Shown here: in pieces, positions 17,193 through 21,400 of the stretch
Layout of the letters: each line of letters starts with the position of its first letter
How positions within the stretch are numbered: the first letter of the stretch is position 1
From: Chlamydiia bacterium
GTDB taxonomy: Bacteria; Chlamydiota; Chlamydiia; Chlamydiales; 2-12-FULL-49-11
Assembly (NCBI GenBank): GCA_044359535.1
Contig: JBIKLZ010000016.1
Location: 1 to 21,400 of the forward strand
DNA length: 21,400 nt
Direction: 5' to 3'
The notes under the pieces: generated by a model
What the model saw: the letters and a program-made list of their open reading frames with translations, nothing else
Database searches by the model: none
What the model was told of the DNA's origin: nothing
Made by a program: the position numbers and the translations under genes

Positions 17193-17948
17193 ATGAAACT
17201 TTTCTATTCTTTATTCCTTTCTTTGTATCTTTATTGTCATACCCAATTCTTACAGGAAAACATTTATATCCTCCCTAAAATTCATAAAATACCAAAGATT
17301 ATCCACCATATTTGGGTGGGAAAAAAGCCCATTCCTGAGTCCTACCTCTATTTTATGAGTACATGGAAAAAAATTCATCCAGAATGGGAACATAGACTAT
17401 GGACAGACAAGGATGTAGAAAATTTTCCATGGAAAAATAAGGCCCTATTTTTACGATCCACAAACCCAGGGATGAAATCAGATATTTGGAGATATGAAAT
17501 TCTTTATAATTATGGTGGAGTTTATGTCGATACCGATATGGAGTGCATTCGTTCTCTTAACCCTATTCATGAAAGACTCGAATTTTATGCAGGAAAGGAT
17601 AACATGAACGACAACTTTCATGTTGCAAATTCTTTGATAGGGGCTGCTCCTAATTCAAAAATTTTAAAAAGCATGATCGATTATTTATTTTTTAAAGAAA
17701 AAACTATTGATATAAAAAAACTTTCTTTTGATGATATCCAATATATTACTGGCCCAGGATTAATTACCCGTCACACAAAGTTTTTACAAAAAGCCCCTAT
17801 TAGGGATTTGAAAATCATATTCACTAATGAGTATTTTCAACCTGTAGGGACTCAAAACAATGGGGTACCCAAAACAGAAAAGGAATTTTTTGATGTCGAA
17901 CATTGTTGCTTTGCCATTCACCATAATGGCTGTTCATGGATTAAGTGA
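17193..17948 (+). CDS. GT32 (DXD) glycosyltransferase, paralogue of 15261..16055
   Basis: IPKIIHHIW, SDIWRYEILYNYGGVYVDTD, TGP and GCSW. ATG 17193 has an SD and is preferred over TTG 17166. Confidence 0.9.
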   Translation: MKLFYSLFLSLYLYCHTQFLQENIYILPKIHKIPKIIHHIWVGKKPIPESYLYFMSTWKKIHPEWEHRLWTDKDVENFPWKNKALFLRSTNPGMKSDIWRYEILYNYGGVYVDTDMECIRSLNPIHERLEFYAGKDNMNDNFHVANSLIGAAPNSKILKSMIDYLFFKEKTIDIKKLSFDDIQYITGPGLITRHTKFLQKAPIRDLKIIFTNEYFQPVGTQNNGVPKTEKEFFDVEHCCFAIHHNGCSWIK

Positions 17949-18008
17949 ATGTTTGGTTCTTGCTAAAAAAGAAAAACGACGGCATCATTGATGGCTAAAG
18001 GATTGAAT

Positions 18009-19133
18009 ATGTCAATAAATAAAGCCCCAATTTTTTTTGATAACAACGCTACCACCCCCATTTCTGAGGGGGTTTTAAATACTTTTATTGACGCTTTAAA
18101 AAATATCCAAGGAAATCCATCCAGTATTACTAAAGAAGGGCGTTATGCAAAAAATCAGATCCATCTTGCTAGAAAATCCATCGCCTCATTTCTTCAATGC
18201 TCACCTAATGAAATTTTTTTTACAAGTGGGGGTACTGAGTCTATCTATACATTAATACAAGGCATTTGTTCCGAAAAAAAAGGGCCCATTTTAACAACCT
18301 TGATAGAGCATAAATGTGTTCTTTCTGCTGTCGATAGTCTCTTCCTCCCTGTTCATTACATCACAACAAATTATTCCTGCTCCCCAACTATCTCTGAAAT
18401 AGTTGAGTTTGCAGAAAAAGGGGTGGCAGCGATGGTTTTTTCATTTGTTAATGGAGAAACTGGATCCATTCTCCCTTTAAAAGAAATTGCAGAGATTGCT
18501 CATAGATATAACATTCCATTGATTATTGATGCAGTGGCCTCTCTTGGAAAAATAAAAATCCCCCTGTATGAAGGGATTACTGCAATGGCTTTTTCTGGAC
18601 ATAAATGTCATGGTCCAAAAGGGACTGGCTTTATTTATCTTAGAAAAAAAACCCCATTTAGACCTTTGTTTAAAGGGGGGATGCAAGAAAATGGCTATCG
18701 AGCAGGGACTGAAAATGTCGCTGGAATACTTGGTTTAGCAAAATCTATAGAGGAAATTTCTGATGAAAAGGCGCTATGTATGCAAAAGCTACGGGATAGT
18801 TTTGAAGAAAAGATCAAAAAAATTTTCCCCAAAGCTCAAATTAACGGAGGAGATCATCGAATCTGTAATGTTTCCAATATCTATTTTGAAGGGGTGGATG
18901 GGGATCATCTTCTGATTTATCTGGATCAACATGGGGTTTGTGCATCCCTTGGTTCTGCTTGTTCTTCAGGTTCATTAAGCCCTTCCCATGTTCTTTTAGG
19001 AATTGGATGCTCTGCACAACATGCTAGATCTTCATTAAGATTTTCTTTTAGCTATAAAAACACTCTTGAAGAAGTTGAAAAAGTCTGCACTCTTTTAGAA
19101 ATGTATAAAGGTGATGAGTACACTTTATCCTAA
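18009..19133 (+). CDS. Cysteine desulfurase (NifS/IscS group I)
   Basis: DNNATT, FTSGGTES, SGHKCHGPKG (PLP lysine), RAGTEN and GSACSSG (catalytic Cys). ATG 18009 is the likely start. Confidence 0.95.
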   Translation: MSINKAPIFFDNNATTPISEGVLNTFIDALKNIQGNPSSITKEGRYAKNQIHLARKSIASFLQCSPNEIFFTSGGTESIYTLIQGICSEKKGPILTTLIEHKCVLSAVDSLFLPVHYITTNYSCSPTISEIVEFAEKGVAAMVFSFVNGETGSILPLKEIAEIAHRYNIPLIIDAVASLGKIKIPLYEGITAMAFSGHKCHGPKGTGFIYLRKKTPFRPLFKGGMQENGYRAGTENVAGILGLAKSIEEISDEKALCMQKLRDSFEEKIKKIFPKAQINGGDHRICNVSNIYFEGVDGDHLLIYLDQHGVCASLGSACSSGSLSPSHVLLGIGCSAQHARSSLRFSFSYKNTLEEVEKVCTLLEMYKGDEYTLS

Positions 19134-19158
19134 AAAAGAAATTTTTTTTACTTTTAGA

Positions 19159-19187
19159 TTGAGTTTGAATAGGTAATGTGCTATTAT
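19159..19187 (+). promoter_or_regulatory. Putative promoter for tRNA-Ser
   Basis: TTGAGT-17 nt-TATTAT with TGn extension, ending 13 nt before the tRNA. Confidence 0.55.
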
Positions 19188-19200
19188 TTTGCTCTCTTTT

Positions 19201-19287
19201 GGAGGAGTGTCCGAGCGGCCGAAGGAGCACGCTTGGAAAGCGTGTAAACGCGAAAGCGTTTCGGGGGTTCGAATCCCTTCTCCTCCG
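19201..19287 (+). tRNA. tRNA-Ser (anticodon GGA); CCA not encoded
   Basis: Acceptor stem GGAGGAG/CTCCTCC, anticodon arm CACGC-TTGGAAA-GCGTG, long variable arm AAACGC-GAAA-GCGTTT, T-loop TTCGAAT, discriminator G. Confidence 0.98.
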
Positions 19288-19571
19288 TTATATAACTTTC
19301 ATTGCACTCAATACTAAGCTCTACCTATTTTCCCGATCTTCTTCTCTTGTGCATGCGCCGTCCATACACAATTGCATTTCTTCTATTTTCCACTCGAATG
19401 AAATTTTTTTATATCTCAAACCATTGAAATAGCGCCATAAAACAAAGTTCATTTATTTTAAGAACACACCTGAAGATATAGTTCAAAAAATTGCTGTTTT
19501 TACGAACAAATGAAGACTCTAATGAGATCTAATATAAGCGGGCTAGTCTTAAATTTGAAAGGGAAATCTAT

Positions 19572-19612
19572 TAGACTTCTTTCAAAACTTCATTTGTTTT
19601 TAAAGAAGTCTA
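19572..19612. repeat. 41-bp inverted repeat, MITE/palindromic-element-like
   Basis: TAGACTTCTTTcAAAAC-ttcattt-GTTTTtAAAGAAGTCTA: 17-bp arms with one mismatch. Confidence 0.8.
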
Positions 19613-19888
19613 TTTAACTAGGCCTATTAGCAGGCGACACAGTTTTAAAAACTAACGAATTGACCCTAATAGCTGTTCTAGAAACACCATTTGTTAGACC
19701 ATCGTTTAAAGTTACTGCTGTAATTTTCAAAGAGAAAAACCACGACAAACCACTCCAGTAAACATTTTGATCTATGAAAAGTCGCTCAAAGATTCTTTTA
19801 ATCTACCTGGATTCAAGAATCTAGCAAACCTTAATAGCTTTATAATCGCCTTTTATTTATACTTTTTCAAAAATAAGAGGAGTTATTT

Positions 19889-21346
19889 ATGGAAACAGAT
19901 TATCTTGCTTGGAAAGGAATTGATCCCCAAAGATATAGCCATTCACCCGCTCGGCAAGAAAGAAGCTTTTACATTCAAGATAGTGCTGCTTTTATCATTC
20001 AAAAATTTTTTAAAAAGATTATAGCTGTCAATAAGGAGATTAAAATCAAAACAGCTTCTGCAAACAAAATCAATGTATGGGCAAAAAACTGTCTTAAAAT
20101 GATAAAAGAGAAACAAAAAGCTCAGAAAAGAAGGGAAAAAAATAGGAGAAATAGGGCTGCTAAAAAAGAAAGAAGAAGGCCGACATCCCCTACTTCTGCA
20201 GTAAATGCCCCTTTGAATCTACCATTTGAAGATAGATGCACTATTTTTATTCAAAAAGTTAATGAATTCATAGAAACTCAAATGAAGGAATTTGCTAATG
20301 CAATGGAACATCCTCTTTTTAGATTAGACACCTCTTATCAGGGATTCGCCCCAACTTATAAAAGGGGGGTTGAGCAGGTTAAAAAAGACTTTCTTAAAAA
20401 ATTATCTGAACATGTCGCTAAAACCAAGAAAGAGTTGTTTAGTCAAGAAGAACAATCAGATGTGCAAGAAAATTTCACTTTTTATAATTACTATTTCGAA
20501 AACACCTTTTCCGAATTTGTAAAAAAGGTAAGGGCTGAGCAGATTGAATCGCCTTTGATTCATCAAGAATTTTCTGAGCTTATTCAATGGTCGCGTTGGA
20601 CAGATGAAGTTCGAAGCTCTTTAGAGAAGATCTATAGCCAGTTTGTTGAAGAGTACAAGGGAAGTGAGATAAATGAGCCTCGATTTCTTAACTATTTTGG
20701 GATGCAAATGGCTTTTAAGAATTTTTTAGAGGCATATAAAGTGGCTTTTTTAAATAAAGGGGCGTTTTTCACTTTCAGCAAGGATTTACTGAACATTGAA
20801 ATAGGGGCTTTAAAAGAGTTTGAAATTTTACCCATTGTAAGCAAAAAACTTTTTGAAACCTATGCTCAATTTGTCATTGAGAAGATGGAAAAGGATGAGA
20901 GTCCAATACACTTTCCCCTTGAGGAAAAGATTATGTTTATGAGGGCAGAGATACAAGTTGCAGGAGTGATCCATTTACCTAATTTATTAAAAAAATTCAT
21001 ATCACAAAAGGCATTAGAAAAAATTGATTTTATTGAAAAATCTAGACATCACTCTAATGAAATTAGATTAGGCTTAGAAGAGACTATCAGAAAAAAAAGA
21101 AACCAACTACTTTCTACAAGGCCCATAAGTGATGAAATGAAGCTTTTTTTGGAAAGAAATCCTTCTTTTATTGAAAATGAAAAAGAGATTAAAGTTTTCT
21201 ACACCCAATTACGTAATGAATATTTAGGTGTAAATGCAGACGGTCAAAAAAGACCACTTCTTCATCAAAATTATGGAGAAATTTTCAGAATTTTAATTGA
21301 AAAAGTCAGGGAAGAGCAAATCGGACGATTTGCTGATTTAGATTAA
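19889..21346 (+). CDS. Hypothetical helical protein, candidate secreted effector
   Basis: 485-aa ORF with SD AGAGGAG. No recognisable catalytic motif; IQ-like segments and a strongly basic stretch. Confidence 0.8.
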   Translation: METDYLAWKGIDPQRYSHSPARQERSFYIQDSAAFIIQKFFKKIIAVNKEIKIKTASANKINVWAKNCLKMIKEKQKAQKRREKNRRNRAAKKERRRPTSPTSAVNAPLNLPFEDRCTIFIQKVNEFIETQMKEFANAMEHPLFRLDTSYQGFAPTYKRGVEQVKKDFLKKLSEHVAKTKKELFSQEEQSDVQENFTFYNYYFENTFSEFVKKVRAEQIESPLIHQEFSELIQWSRWTDEVRSSLEKIYSQFVEEYKGSEINEPRFLNYFGMQMAFKNFLEAYKVAFLNKGAFFTFSKDLLNIEIGALKEFEILPIVSKKLFETYAQFVIEKMEKDESPIHFPLEEKIMFMRAEIQVAGVIHLPNLLKKFISQKALEKIDFIEKSRHHSNEIRLGLEETIRKKRNQLLSTRPISDEMKLFLERNPSFIENEKEIKVFYTQLRNEYLGVNADGQKRPLLHQNYGEIFRILIEKVREEQIGRFADLD

Positions 21347-21400
21347 AAAATCCTTTTAGGAATGTATGAAAAAACACCCTTTTTTTCTTGCAATAACGGG

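Noticed and set aside
15261-17948. GT32 proteins as TcdA/TcdB-like or chlamydial cytotoxin glucosyltransferases
   Set aside because: They share only the generic DXD region and are small single-domain proteins with no protease or translocation domains.
19442-19513. Plus-strand peptide FKNTPEDIVQKIAVFTNK resembling an F-box start
   Set aside because: It is too short, has no start codon, lacks the LP signature and cannot be distinguished from chance.
18477-20024. Short ORFs 18477..18686, 19048..19230, 19178..19432 and 19767..20024
   Set aside because: They overlap the desulfurase, the tRNA or the 485-aa gene and show no independent coding signal.
1-21400. CRISPR array, integrase, transposase, rRNA or defence system
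   Set aside because: I saw no regularly spaced repeats or matching protein motifs on either strand.

Overview
AT-rich, gene-dense chromosomal segment, almost certainly from an environmental member of the phylum Chlamydiota. The evidence is an Slc1/CT043-type T3SS chaperone, a CT250-type DnaA, a long chlamydial YidC, a CT253-like lipoprotein and a CT254-like CPBP gene. The left part is a classical o-succinylbenzoate menaquinone cluster (menD partial, menH, menB, menA, menC, menE, plus a convergent 4HBT-type thioesterase), interrupted by an antisense orphan membrane-protein gene. The middle holds a TPR protein, yidC, dnaA, slc1, a lipoprotein, a CPBP protein and a PP2C phosphatase. The right part holds three signal-peptide-bearing glycosyltransferases (GT32, GT47-like, GT32), a cysteine desulfurase, tRNA-Ser(GGA), a non-coding stretch with a MITE-like inverted repeat, and an orphan effector-like gene. 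Most notable: (1) the conserved N-terminus of MenH has no canonical start codon and is reachable from menD by a -1 shift at an in-frame A_AAA_AAG heptamer; (2) the exported glycosyltransferase islet; (3) an orphan with tandem IQ-like motifs and an NLS-like stretch; (4) the antisense gene inside the men cluster. All family assignments come from motifs recognised by eye; no searches were run.
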